Assembly: GCF_006345805.1 (NCBI RefSeq) | Contig: NC_043004.1 | Span: 2,790,001 to 2,854,000 of the forward strand | Length of the DNA: 64,000 nucleotides | Source: Octopus sinensis | Lineage: Eukaryota | Direction of reading: 5' to 3' | Shown: positions 1 to 12,342 of the stretch, in pieces | How the letters are laid out: every line of letters begins with the position of its first letter | How positions within the stretch are numbered: the stretch's first letter is position 1 | The notes under the pieces: model-generated | What the model was told of the DNA's origin: nothing | The model's database searches: none | Seen by the model: the letters and a program-made list of their open reading frames with translations, nothing else | Position numbers and translations under genes: made by a program

Positions 1-1239
1 GTCTATATATGTATGCACGTATGTATGTGTGTGTGTATGTATGTATAAACTAATTTTTTCTAAGCCAAACCAGTTTCGTGGGTCAGGTAAAAACTAGTCT
101 GATGCAAGAGTCAAACGAACGCTCACGCAACTGGAGACACCCACCTTCACACACGAAACACGCACACACTCACACACGCCCTGGCGCGCGCGTGCGTATG
201 TGTGTATGTGTGTATGTGTGTATGTGTGTGTAAGTGTGTGTAAGTGTGTGTGTGTGTCTCGTATACTATGACAGTGTTGTCAGTCTACGAACATCTTCAA
301 TAATTACTTTGTTATATTGTTTATGTTGAGAAGACACTTGTATTAAAAGCCTACAAATTGTGGTGAGTATTATCTGCAGACTTCCATGATATTCAGTAAT
401 GCTTATGTCCAACTCCTTGTCTGTTTTCGATGGAGGAATTGGTATGATTGAGCAGACATTTACATAACGGTACTCAAAGGAATGATAATCTAATTTGGAA
501 TGGCCTCATTTGAAATCAGAATAAAATTCAAATAATTAACATTCCACGAAATTCACATATCAACAATATATTCTATTAACATGATATGGTAAGTGATTAA
601 CACTTCATGATATCGGTCGATGATGACCAGTCGGTTTTTATGATCAACTAAATTCATATTCGTAAAACAAGTAAGCATCGGAATATCCGACAGATAAGTA
701 TACCCTCGCGTTAGAAAAGTGCTCCGCAACCGTTTTTCACTTGTGGTACACTTATATTCTTTTCTAAATTTGGTGCCATACATGAACTAAAAATATAATT
801 AAAAGCATTGGGGAAAAGATTATATTTAGGTTACACTGCGGCACACTTAGCATCGTCTCGTGACACACTAGTGTGCCGCGGCATTATTAGTTGTGGTGCA
901 CTACGTTAGAATATGGCGAGGCTCAACCTTTGGGTTAATGCTTCAATTCAGAGAGAAAGAATGAAAAGGAATCTACTGCAGAATGAAAGAAATTGACCTA
1001 ATATAATATTTGCGCTTTATTTATCGACTCCAGAACAATGCTAAAAGAAGACTTCGGCTCGGGAGTGCTTGAATTCACAAAGGGACACATATCTCGACAG
1101 ATATCGAACGGCACTCTTATCCGACGTTCTGCTAATTTGCCACCTTGTTCCACAATATTGTATCGCAGCTGAAGTATATATAATTGATATTGTATTAAAA
1201 GAAATAATTCACTACTCCTTATATTAAGCAAGGCAAATT

Positions 1240-1450
1240 ATTCTCATGGTGCTCCAGTCCTCTCTGCTGACAAAACTGAACAATACCTGTATTTGAAAGA
1301 GCCAGGCTTGTCCCATTCTGTGTCATGCCGAATCTCCCTGAGAACTCCGTGAAAGGTGAGCGTGTCTGTGAAGAGCTCAGCCCCTTGCACGGGTATTTCA
1401 TGATCGGGTCGACTGGAAACCTCATTGTCGCAACAGACGGAGTGTCAGTA
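1240..1450 (+). mobile_element. Degenerate 3' part of SINE family 3
   Basis: tacctgtatttgaaagagccaggcttgtcc...gaatctccctgagaactccgtgaaagg...gtctgtgaagagctcagccccttgcacg aligns by eye with the reverse complement of the full copy at 30730-31113. Confidence 0.75.
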
Positions 1451-2920
1451 GATTGATTCACAAGCAAGATCTCGTGTTACTTTATTCCCTGGGGGGGAAA
1501 TCTTTCATCTTACCTTTACGATTAATACCTGTCGAATTGGTTTAATCATATCACATACGTCTCCTTCACTGAAAATATTGTTTGTTTTTTGTTTTTTTTT
1601 GCGAACCGTTTAACTACGTTGATGTTGTTGGCAAGAACACATATCATTGATTGGCGGATCTACCAGACCTAACTGGAGACAAGATATTCCTGGCGTGGCA
1701 TGAAGAAACGCCTCGAAAACGGCCGCTTTAATAAGAACAAGGCGTTTAGGAAATCCACAAAAGGTGTAGAGTATGCGACACCGAGGACAATACAGAAAGA
1801 AAGATTTGGAAAATACAAAATTGACTGAGGAACAGAAGAAATGGCATGAGAAAGTTGTGTCTCTTGTTGTGCGCTTATGGCGTCATAAAATATGGATTTT
1901 GATTTATTCATTCATCGAGTCAAAAATGAAAATATGCGAGGATCTCGGTTAAGGTAAATGTAAGTTTTATTCTTCGATGAAGTCATTTTACTACAAGCGT
2001 GGAGGTTTCGTTGCTTCGTTGGTCAATGCTTGATGGCAAAGAAGGCACATTGGTAACTGAGAGTTCTGAGGAGAGGGAATAAATCCAAAGGATAAATAAT
2101 CACTACTGTACTGTCGACAAATTTTCTTGACTGGAGGCATCAGTGAAAATGTGAAAACAAATTTCTACAGGCAGCATCAGAAAGGTAGTATGGTATTCCT
2201 AAAAAGAAGAAGACGTCAAGACAGCAGAGACAGATACGGATCTAGTTCGTTTGACTGCTATCATTTCAAAATTAAAGTCTATCGAAAATTTTAAAAATTT
2301 GGCACATTAATATAGCTTTCCAAGCTAAATTGCTGGACTTATTCAACTTTTTCCAGAAAAAGGTTTTTAAAAAGTTATACAGGTTTAAAGTTTGATCATC
2401 TTCACCCACTCAAGAAACACGATTTCAAAGCTGTCATTTTGTGTGTGACTGCACATTTTGTCAACATCATGAAAATAGCAGTTGTGTTTTGATATGAAAC
2501 CACCGAATTACGCACGACATGTAACCCCTCATACCTTTATTATTTTTTCAGAGTTTTCAGGAAATTTTTGCGCATTTGAATTCTATACGCGGGACTTCAT
2601 GCGATTATGCCAAAAAAAATTGAGGTAGATTGTGATTTAAGGCTTAGGCCTATTTGGCTGCTATTTTTAGCACACATGACAACCATCTCAATGACTGCGA
2701 CAAAAATATTCAATAAACAAATTCGCATTTTTAATAACCTGATGCAAGTGCAGCCTTATTCTAGGCATGCCTAGATATAAGTAAGTGCAGACCTCATTTC
2801 TAAAAATTCATTGTCACCCACAAAATGTTTATGTCGCCCACCAGAATCTCAAATCGGCCACAATTTTCTAGAAGTTAGCCCATCGACCACCTGTAAGTTG
2901 AAATCGCCCACTTTCAGAAT

Positions 2921-3335
2921 GGAGTGGCTGTGTAGTAAGTAGCTTGCTTACCAACCACATGGTTCCGGGTTCAGTCCCACTGCGTGGCACCTTGTGCAAG
3001 TGTCTTCTACTATAGACGCGGCCGACCAAAACCTTGTGAGTGGATGTGATAGACGGAAACTGAAAGAAGCTCGACGTATATAATGTGTGTGTATGTGTGT
3101 TTCTGTGTGTTCGTGTGTGTGTGTTTCTCTGTGTGTGTGTGTGTGTGTGTTTGTCCCCCCAACGTCGCATGACAACCAATGCTGGTGTGTTTACGCCCCC
3201 ATAACTTGGCGCTTCAGAAAAAGAGACCGATAGAATAAGTACTAGGGTTGCAGGGAATAAGTCCTGGGTTCGATTTATTCGACTAAAGGTGGTCGCAGTC
3301 AAATGACTGAAACAAGTTAAAGAGATAAGTAAATA
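2921..3335 (+). mobile_element. tRNA-derived SINE family 1 (CORE-like; resembles octopus OR-type SINEs)
   Basis: A-box-like tggctgtgtagtaag, B-box-like ggttcagtccc, CORE-like ggcaccttgtgcaagtgtctt, internal (TG)n and tail gtcaaatgactgaaacaag. At least 8 copies in the window. Confidence 0.9.
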
Positions 3336-4367
3336 AATAAATAAATAAATAAATAAAAAGTACAGGACGACAGAGCTAAAACGGTTCGACTAGATCTACT
3401 GGACCATGATTGACAGAGGACTATCCTAGTTTAAGAGCAACAGCCATTATCACATCGAGGGATCTCGGCTAATTTGTTGTCCCTTCATCACTTTTGCACG
3501 GAACCGACAAATGCATCTAAATCTCTTTTCAGTTTTCCAGACACTCAGCTGTTCTTCACTTTTTACTAAAGAACTTACTAAACGATAATAAAGACATAAT
3601 ATGACTTCTCCAAAAACTCCAGGCAATTCATGACATAAAATACTTGACCCCGTTCACGTTTTGATTGTTTGCAGAGGTTCGAGACGAACTTCAAACGCAT
3701 TGATCTCACGTGTGTGCGTGTGTCTTAGGGAGGAAAATGGGGTTCAACGGCAAACATTCTGCTAAATATTTCTCTTTTCAAACGAAGCAATAAGGAAAGA
3801 ATCCTACAGCTTGGGGAACCGAGTCTTTAACAAATATTAATGTCCGCAATGGAAAGTTGACATCACTTGGGGTACGATACAAATAGCCGTCTTCACCAAA
3901 CTGCCGCAGGTTTCGGAGACAGAACTTTTCTCAATTATAAAAATTCCTCCTGACACCGATAGAAGTCATTTGTAAAATTTCTATGCGTTATCCATATTTT
4001 TTTTTTCAGATACATCTAAATGTCGGAAAAGAAACGAACCGAATTAACATTGAAAATAACCACCTCCGATGGCTGGTCTTACGTCCTATCTATAATTTTA
4101 GCTTTTAGATCAAACATTTCCTACACATTGAGATTAAACATATTTACATTTGCACAATATATTAATTCATATGATGTAGGGTGTCTCCTCTAATTTCCGT
4201 TTCAGCTTCTTTTTTTTCATCTATATGATGTAAAGGTAATTTATTCACGTAAATCCATTATAGCCAACACACACACACACACACGTAGGTATTTATGCAC
4301 TGTGCGTGATAAATATATGCATATATACATATGTTTGAGTATATCTGTACATATATACATACATACA

Positions 4368-4369
<2 letters not shown>

Positions 4370-4440
<71 letters not shown>
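4370..4440. repeat. (TA)n microsatellite
   Basis: Directly visible dinucleotide array. Confidence 0.95.
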
Positions 4441-4663
4441 TGGGATACATACAAACGCACACACGCATATAAGGGAGAAATAGAGAAGGAGAGAGAGAGA
4501 TGCATATATACAAACATAAAATCTCATACGCACACATATACACCACACGGAATCAATCAATGAGAGTCAGGACAAGCACACACACACACACACAGTGCGA
4601 GATACTGGTCTAAGTGTTATGTCTACATATAATTTACGGCCTCAACATACTTTCAAATTTGCC

Positions 4664-4694
<31 letters not shown>

Positions 4695-4696
<2 letters not shown>

Positions 4697-4880
4697 CCTT
4701 TGTATTGTAGGTAGAAGGCCTGGAATTTGAAGGGAAAGATGGAGGTGATTACCAGTGCTTGGCTGGAACTTTTTCTATCGACTCTGAAAGGATGAAAGAC
4801 GAAGTCGACCTCGGGGGAATGTGAACTCAAAACGTAAAGACGGACGAAATACTATTAACGAGTCTGCTAGTTTGCGCTTT
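4695..4880 (-). mobile_element. SINE family 2, degenerate
   Basis: Reverse complement of the family-2 core gagttcacattcccccgaggtcgacttcgtctttcatcctttcagagtcgatag. Confidence 0.8.
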
Positions 4881-4910
4881 GACAACAACAGCAAGAACAA
4901 CAACAACGAC

Positions 4911-5058
4911 CATACATTATCTACATTTGACGGGTATTTTTCCTAATTTTGTTCGTTGTTAACACAACGCTTCGACTGATATATCCTCCAGCCTTCATCA
5001 GGTGTCATGGAGAAATTTCGAACCTGGGTTCTCATTCCTAAGGTATTTTTCGAGGTTG

Positions 5059-5131
<73 letters not shown>

Positions 5132-5412
5132 CTGCACTCGGTCTGCTTAGGAGGTTGTTGTGTCGTAGCATATGTGCTGCTTCTTTTAGTTTTCGTATTT
5201 CCAGTGGTGTTCTCTGTCTATTATTTTAACTTCATCCCACAGGGGCAGGTAGTCTCCATTTTTCTATATATGATCAGCGATTTTCTATATATGATCAGTA
5301 TTAAGGAAGGATAGGAATAAAAATTAGGTTTATAAGCCCTAAAATTCATTCCATAATTGCCCACGGGCTACTATCGCCAAGATTCTGAGTTCGATACCAG
5401 GCAGGGACCTGG

Positions 5413-5460
<48 letters not shown>
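4911..5460 (-). mobile_element. Penelope-like element family A, 3' fragment with an inverted terminal-repeat piece
   Basis: 5130-5270 (-) encodes the C-terminus WDEVKIIDREHHWKIRKLKEAAHM, as in the 17-kb copy. 4911-5056 (-) is the terminal repeat with a hammerhead. 5288-5460 is a + strand (inverted) copy of the post-ORF segment. Confidence 0.8.
4961..5006 (-). ncRNA. Minimal type-I hammerhead ribozyme motif (GAAA mutated to GAAG)
   Basis: GACAC-CTGATGA-A-GGCTG-GAGGATATAT-CAGTC-GAAG-CG-TT-GTGTT: helix I 5 bp, helix II 5 bp, GUU triplet. Confidence 0.8.
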
Positions 5461-5461
<1 letters not shown>

Positions 5462-6100
5462 GTTGGCCAATATCTACACTGGCTAATAAGTCGGCATTAC
5501 AATATCAAAACTGCCGACAAGTGGTATAATCACCACCCTGAAGCTGTAACTGAAGGAGAAAATGTAACCATTCTGTCGGACTTCCCAGTACATACAGACC
5601 GAACCATCAAAGCCAATAAACCGGATATTGTTGTGAAAGACCAATACAATAAAGTTTGCTTATTGATCGACATGAGCATCCCCTGTGATCATAATATCTC
5701 GGCGAAAGAGTTTGACAAGCTCAGAAAATATAAAGACCTGCTCATTGAAATTGAGAAAATGTGGCATCTCAAGGCGGTTACAATACCAGTGATCGTAGGA
5801 GCACTAGGAATGATCAAGAAGGGAACCGAAAATTATATGAGAATGATCCCTGGCTTACCATCCCTGCAAGAAGTGCAAAAGATTGTCTTAACTGGTACAT
5901 CACACGTATTGAAAAGAGCATTGTCGATGTGAGAACTATTACTACCCATGTATTTTAATTTAACTTTAAAAAAAATGAACGAACCAGTGAGTTTAGTTTA
6001 ATGGCCTACCAATGTATACTATGAGTTTCTTTGCCCTAGGAGTCGGGAAGACACTCGGCAAGAAATGGAAGCAAATTTGAAAGAAGAAGAAAAAAAAGAT
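5461..6100 (+). mobile_element. 5'-truncated R4/Dong-clade LINE (restriction-like endonuclease domain and 3' UTR)
   Basis: Open frame 5462-5932: HYNIKTADKWYNHHPE...KPDIVVKD...LIDMSIP...KEFDKLRKY...IPVIVGALG (PD-D-K RLE motif). Flanked by (TAA)n on both sides. Confidence 0.9.
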
Positions 6101-6103
6101 AAC

Positions 6104-6161
<58 letters not shown>

Positions 6162-6247
6162 TTTTACTTTGTATTATTATTAATATTATTATTATATTAT
6201 TATTATATTATTATTATTATTATATTATTATTATTAATATATTATTA

Positions 6248-6327
<80 letters not shown>

Positions 6328-6355
6328 TATTACTATTGCTGTTGTTGTTGTTGTT
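6100..6355. repeat. Compound (TAA)n then (TTA)n/(TTG)n microsatellite
   Basis: Strand polarity switches near 6160; these are the tails of two converging LINEs. Confidence 0.95.
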
Positions 6356-7325
6356 ATCTTCTGACAATTTTCTTTCCATTTCTTGCCGAGTATCTTCCCA
6401 ACATCTAGGGCAAAGAAACTCAATGTATACATTGGCAAGCCATTAAAATAAACGCACAAAATTGTTCGTTTACGATGTCATGCGATACAAAAAGAGGCAA
6501 AGAAAGACGGAGAGAAAAGGAAAGAAGGAATAAAAGAAATGCTCTTCTCAATACGTGTGACTTTCCAGTTAAGACTATCTTTCGCTCTTCCAGCTTGAAT
6601 GGTAAGCCGGGTATTGTCCTCAAATAATTTCCAGTTCGTCTTTTGATTATTCAAAAGTTCTTCTACAATCACTGGTATTGTAACAGTCTTGAGATGCCAC
6701 ATTTTTCCATTTCAGTCAGCAAATATTTATATTTTCTGAGTTTATCAAATTCTCTTGCCGAGAAATCATGATCCCAAAGAATGCTCCTATCAATCTATAA
6801 GCAGACTTTATTGTCTTGGCCTTTCACAACCATATCTCCTTTATTTCCTGTATGTACTGGACAATTTCCAAACAATCGTTACATTTTCTCCCTCTGTTAC
6901 AGTCTCAGGGTGATGCTTGTACCAATTGTCAGCAGCTTTGATTTTATAATGCCGACATTATATGTAGATATTGGCCAACTCTGATATGTCTTGACGAATA
7001 ATCTACCGGTGCTACAACCTTATACTCAGAGATTAGATAGTCCACAGTTTCAATCTCCTCGTTGCAGTATCGGTACTCTGGGTCTACATCATTTTCATCA
7101 CATTGGCTTGATAGTTCCGGGTCAATAAACTCTGACCTTCGGCAGCCAAAATAAAGCCTTCACTCTCTATCTTTAGCCCTCAGCTTCGTAGCCACTGATG
7201 GGTATGCTTCTGATCTACATGAGCCTGTTTCCTACGGGCCACATATTTTCCATGCAGAGGTTTTATTCCCACCTATCAGCCAATTATTCAAATGCATTTT
7301 ACTTTGCTATTGACTTCACCTTCTT

Positions 7326-7330
<5 letters not shown>
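6356..7330 (-). mobile_element. Second, more degenerate R4/Dong-clade LINE 3' fragment
   Basis: Minus-strand peptides MWHLKTVTIPVIV, KIVLTGKSHVLRRA, KPLHGKY, HHPETVTEGENVT. The 3' UTR matches that of the 5461-6100 copy (gagtttctttgcccta...ctcggcaagaaatggaa). Confidence 0.9.
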
Positions 7331-7395
<65 letters not shown>

Positions 7396-8130
7396 TTATA
7401 ATTAATCAATATAGGGTGGCAAAAAAATTTTGTAGAATTTTTTTGCCACCAGCGGCCTAGTGGGAAAAAATTAAATAGTCATAGACCATTTTTAAGTTCA
7501 ACATCAGCATTGTTGATATATATATATATATATACATACATAAACACTCACACACACGCACACTTTTATACACATGCATTTAAATGTGTATATATATATA
7601 TATAGTTATGGTATATTCTGTTAAGAATAGAGTACAGTATAAAGCCTTGTCCACCTTCAGATTTCTCCCTCTGCTATCCAGTTGTAGTATTATACGTACT
7701 TCCAGATTTGCGTTTGGGCATCTGTCTTGTGTGAATAGATAATTGAAAAAACTGGAATCAACAAGAAGCAGTACGGTTGGACATTTATTTTCAATCACTA
7801 CAATTGTTTCTACGCAACGTAGTCCTCCAGGCGTGCAGGTACATACGTATGTGTGTGTGCATGTGTGTGTATGTGTGTGTGTGTGTGTCTGTGTGTGTGT
7901 GTGTGGTGTGTGTGTGGTGTGTGTGTGTGTGTATTATATATATATTTATATAATGTGCGTGGGGCGAGTTATTTTGTTTTAATGCCTTATTAATTAACAC
8001 ACTCACCGGTTCAATTTCCACTCATTTATTTATTTAATTATTTTTTTCTAATATTTTCGTTGCTTCTTGCAACCTCTTCAATAGTTGTTGATTCTCTCTC
8101 TCTCTCTCTCTCTCTCTCGCTCTCTCTCTC

Positions 8131-8179
<49 letters not shown>

Positions 8180-8307
8180 CTGTTCCTGTCTTTAGGCTTC
8201 ACTTAATATACTCCAGCTCAATTTCATTCGTTCTCAGTCGAAAGACACCTATTGCAATTTTCTTGTTGTTTGTATCCGTAATTGCGTACCATGTTCTTCA
8301 TTTTTCC

Positions 8308-8435
8308 TTCTTACAAGGACGTCTAATGCTCTTAGCTTAGACTTTATGGGGGACGACCAGATCGAACCGTCTCAAGTGTAACTGCCTGAAACTGCCGTGA
8401 CTTCTGGGACTTGACTGAGAAAAGTCCACGAATGA
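8308..8435 (-). repeat. Unclassified interspersed repeat, inverted partner of 9414-9543
   Basis: Its reverse complement matches 9414-9543 (caagtcccagaagt...cttgagacggttcgatct...ctaagagcattagacgtc..tgtaagaa). Confidence 0.8.
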
Positions 8436-8539
8436 ACCGTCTTTTTTTGCCTCTCCTTCGAAATCTTGTTTCTCATGTCCGCGTTGTATCGTCTATCTGT
8501 CCGAATGTTTTAATGTACTCTACTGCGTTTTTGTTCCAT

Positions 8540-8540
8540 T

Positions 8541-8630
<90 letters not shown>

Positions 8631-8720
8631 TGTAGTATGTATGTATGTATGTATGTATGTATGTATGTATGTATGTATGTATGTATGTATGTTTGTATGT
8701 ATGTATGTTTGTATGTATAT
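8540..8720. repeat. (TA)n + (TATG)n microsatellite
   Basis: Directly visible. Confidence 0.95.
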
Positions 8721-8917
8721 ATAAGTATATATATGTTTTGAAGACAACATTGGTTTTATTCCAAAGGAATAAACGGTGTAAAATAATGTAATCTTCTCAT
8801 CAGGAAAGAAAGAGAACCTATCTCAACAAGACATTACTTGCGTGAATTTTTGCCACCCTGGTAACTGTTTATTGAATTTTCCGTGTTAACTGCAAACAAA
8901 GGATATTCATTCATCCA

Positions 8918-8979
<62 letters not shown>

Positions 8980-9413
8980 CATACACGTTATCTAGATAAT
9001 TTGCCGAGTGTGTGCCTAGGTTACGTCACACAGAGAGGAAATCTTAATAAAGCGTTTTGAAAATACTTCTAAACCAATATTCAAACAGAATTCCAAAACA
9101 GGCAACGTGCAAACTGGGTGTTTCCTAATATAAAGGCTTTCTAACAGCTTTTGCCTTTTGAAATCCATTTCTCAACATCAGTTTCCACGACATGAAACAA
9201 ATCAAGCAACACTTTCTTAAACAGATACTGGTATATCATTGGTAAAACTAACATTGGTAGCACTAACATTCAAGTTGATATTTATATATTTCTTTGTTCT
9301 GATGTGGACAAGGAAGGTGATAACGGTCTTGGTTCAGCTGTAATGTGAATAATCCTTTTTTGGTCCCTTCACATAACCGATTCCAAGAGAAACCGCGGGG
9401 TAACGTCGCCGAG

Positions 9414-9543
9414 TCATTCGTGGCCTTTCCTCAATCAAGTCCCAGAAGTTACGACAGTTTCGGGCAGTTATACTTGAGACGGTTCGATCTAGTTGCCCCC
9501 GTCCCCAAGTCTATGCTAAGAGCATTAGACGTCTTTGTAAGAA
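9414..9543 (+). repeat. Unclassified interspersed repeat, inverted partner of 8308-8435
   Basis: See 8308-8435. Confidence 0.8.
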
Positions 9544-10102
9544 AGCTAGCGAATTTGTACGGCAACAAAGACAAAACATGGAGAACATGGTACACAAAAA
9601 GACGAGAAATGAAAAACATGACACAAGAAATATTTCATTTCTTGTCTATGAAAAATAATTTAGCTTTAGTATAATGAGGCATTTAATCTGGACCTCAAAA
9701 ATATCCTACTGAATCGTCGTCGCTTTAATAGATAAATGACCGACCTGAAACATAATGGAGATCCTGCGACAGATTTGAAATTTCTACTTACAAGGCGCAT
9801 ATTACAATCTATCATTTCTTTGGCAATTACGAGTCCCTCAGTGAGGGAAACGGATGATATACCACATTATTTTGAAGTTCTTATAATGATTTCGATGTTT
9901 CGTTGAACATGCGATATGAAAAGTGTTTTGCACGTGTTTACATGATTCTGAATGCGCATGCGTGTGTATGTGTGTAACTACATTTAGATGATTATCAATT
10001 TAGCTCGGCCCTTTAAATGCACCCTTACTATTTGCTTGATTTCTCCTGTAAAAGTTAAGACCCTGCTATGGAAAAGTTTTCATCTGTGAAGTTTACCCCC
10101 CG

Positions 10103-11500
10103 ATGTTATCAGTGATGGTCTTCCGGGCATATCTCCTTTCCTCCCGGCTCCTCCAATCCTTTTTACTATGGACATCCAAGCCTCTATACGTTATCCCTCC
10201 ACCACGAGGACTGCAGGCCCTTCGACACTTTCTTGACCTCTGCTCTAACCCTGTACCTGACACCTCCACACTCATTCGTCTGGCCGAACTTGTCCTTACT
10301 CTGAACTGCTTCTCGTTCGCGGGCGAGTCTACCATCAGGTCTCGGAGTGGCCATGGAACGCGAATGGGCCCAACTATGCGAACCTGTTCGTTGGCTATGT
10401 TGAGGCCCAAATATTCTCTAATTTCATGGTCCCACTCCTGAACTATATGGTCGTTATATTGACGACATTATCGGTGCCACCTCACTCTCCCGCGAACACA
10501 TCTAGATTCCTTCCTCTCTTTCGTCCAATCTTTCCATCCAGCCCTCCACTTCACTTCACTATCTCCAACACCTCTGTCTCCTTCCTCGACATTTCGGTTA
10601 GCATTCTTCACTCCACTCTTACCACCTCCATTCACTACAACACACAGACTCACACTCATACCTCAACTTCTCTTCTCCTCCCACCCAGAACACACCAAGC
10701 TTCCATCCCCTATTCCCAATTCCTCCGTCTACGTAGGCTCTGTAGTGACGACCATGACTTTGAGACTCAGTCTCAACGTATGGCTCACCACTTCACCCTA
10801 CGTGGATACCCCCTCACCACTATCCACACCGCCCTTGCCAGAGCACGGTCCGTGGACCGTGTATCTGCTCTCTCTCCCCGAACCCGCCCTGTAGTCTCCC
10901 GCCTCCCTTTTCCCCTCACTACCACCCCACGACCCTACGTCTCCAACGCACCATTCTTCGAGCTTTCCGTCATCTCCAGTCCGACCCGTCCACTTCACAC
11001 CTCTTCCCTAACCGACCCTCCCCTCTTTCAAACGAGCCCACAACCTTCGAGACCTTTTGGTCCATAGCTCCTTCCCTGACCCTACTCCCAACCGGCTCGT
11101 TCCCCTGCTCCCGCCCACGTTGCCGCACTTGCCCTTACCTCTCCAACACCACCCGCCTCACTAGCACCCACCATCGACCCTATCCAATCATCCACTCCTT
11201 CACCTGCACCTCAGCAATATTATCTATTGCATCTCTTGCTCTCTCTGCAATTCCTTGTATCGGACAAACGGGACGCCGCTTGGCTGACCGGTTCGCGGAA
11301 CACCTTCGTGACATCCACCTTGCGAACGACCACCTGTTCTCACGCCATTTCCGCTCCACCGGTCACTCCTTGCAACACCTATCTGTGTTCGGTTTGTCCT
11401 TACACAGAGCCATCCGGATTTCCGTTTGCGCCGTGAACAGGAATTAATCTTCTCTCTTCGCTCTTATACGCCATTGTCTCACTCTCCCCCCCTCCTCATC
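10103..11500 (+). pseudogene. PLE reverse transcriptase / GIY-YIG endonuclease, disrupted
   Basis: FTMDI..LY, GVAMGTRMGPNYANLF, YIDD (10455-10466), SFLD, SIPYSQFLRLRRLCS, Cys linker CSRPRCRTC, IYCISCSLCNSLY(I)GQTGRRLADRFAEHLRDI. Several frameshifts, including a 2-nt loss in YIG. Confidence 0.9.
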
Positions 11501-11804
11501 AACCTCACCCCCTCCTCACCTATCCTTCTCCCCCGACCCCTACTTCTTCAGTCCTTCATCCTTTCACCCCTACTCCCTTCCCTTCTTCCCTCTTTCTCCC
11601 TCCCTCTTCCCCTTCCCTCTGCTCCCTCACTCCCTCTCTCCCCTTCTCTCCCCCTAATCCCTTCCTTCTCCCCATCCTCTCCTCTCCCCCTTTCTCCTCC
11701 CCCTCTTCTTCCCCCCCCTTCTCTCCCCCCTCTTCTCCCCCTCCCCCCTCTTCTCCTCACTACACCACATGACTTTACACATCACATCACATATGATGTG
11801 CCAT

Positions 11805-12110
11805 ACTAATACACACACCAACTAATACATACTAATAATAATCGATACATACTAATACATACTGTAATACTAATACTTACACAACCCTATACATACACAC
11901 GTCAGACCCCGCATACGCACTTATACTCTCTCACACACACACACACAACCTATACATACCAATACGTACTAATACATACTAATACATACTAATACATACT
12001 AACCATACACCAACCCCATACATACGCACGTCCAGACAATCTTACGCACTAATACTCTCTCATACACACACACCCTTATACATACTAATACATACACCAA
12101 CCCTATACAT
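11805..12110. repeat. Degenerate tactaataca / cataca minisatellite inside the PLE 3' UTR
   Basis: Repeated tactaatacatac units. Confidence 0.8.
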
Positions 12111-12304
12111 ACACACATCCAGACCCCTCCCACGCACTTTTAGCTGGTCCCTCGACCCATTATCAACCCTATTATCTCCCTTATTTCGCTCTCGCGTCTC
12201 ATGTTTGATCTTTGACCTGGCCGAAATCAGATCGCATGTTGATTCGTTAGCTACTGCACGCATTTTTTTTCTCTCCTTCTTCTGTGTTTTTCTCTCTCTG
12301 TGTA

Positions 12305-12342
12305 TCTTTCTGTTGAAGAGCGTAGGCTCGAAACGTTAAAGA
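12305..12342 (+). ncRNA. Minimal type-I hammerhead ribozyme motif with CUGUUGA core
   Basis: TCTTT-CTGTTGA-A-GAG-CGTAGG-CTC-GAAA-CG-TT-AAAGA: helix I 5 bp perfect, helix II 3 bp, palindromic helix III AACGTT. Confidence 0.85.

Noticed and set aside
290-790. Exon-like open frames on the - strand (YGTKFRKEYKC...; DYHSFEYRYVNVC...) and several donor-like GT motifs on +
   Set aside because: No recognisable domain and no consistent exon chain on either strand.
1219-1467. 82-aa ORF with protein-like composition
   Set aside because: It is the antisense reading of a degenerate SINE family 3 copy.
2400-2500. LCVTAHFVN, resembling a hAT transposase motif
   Set aside because: An isolated short match with no adjacent catalytic motif or termini.
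2921-3000. tRNA gene calls for SINE heads, here and at other copies
   Set aside because: They have A/B boxes but no complete cloverleaf, and they continue into SINE bodies.
11426-11809. Pro/Leu/Ser-rich ORFs here and at 49036-49659
   Set aside because: Artefacts of polypyrimidine tracts.
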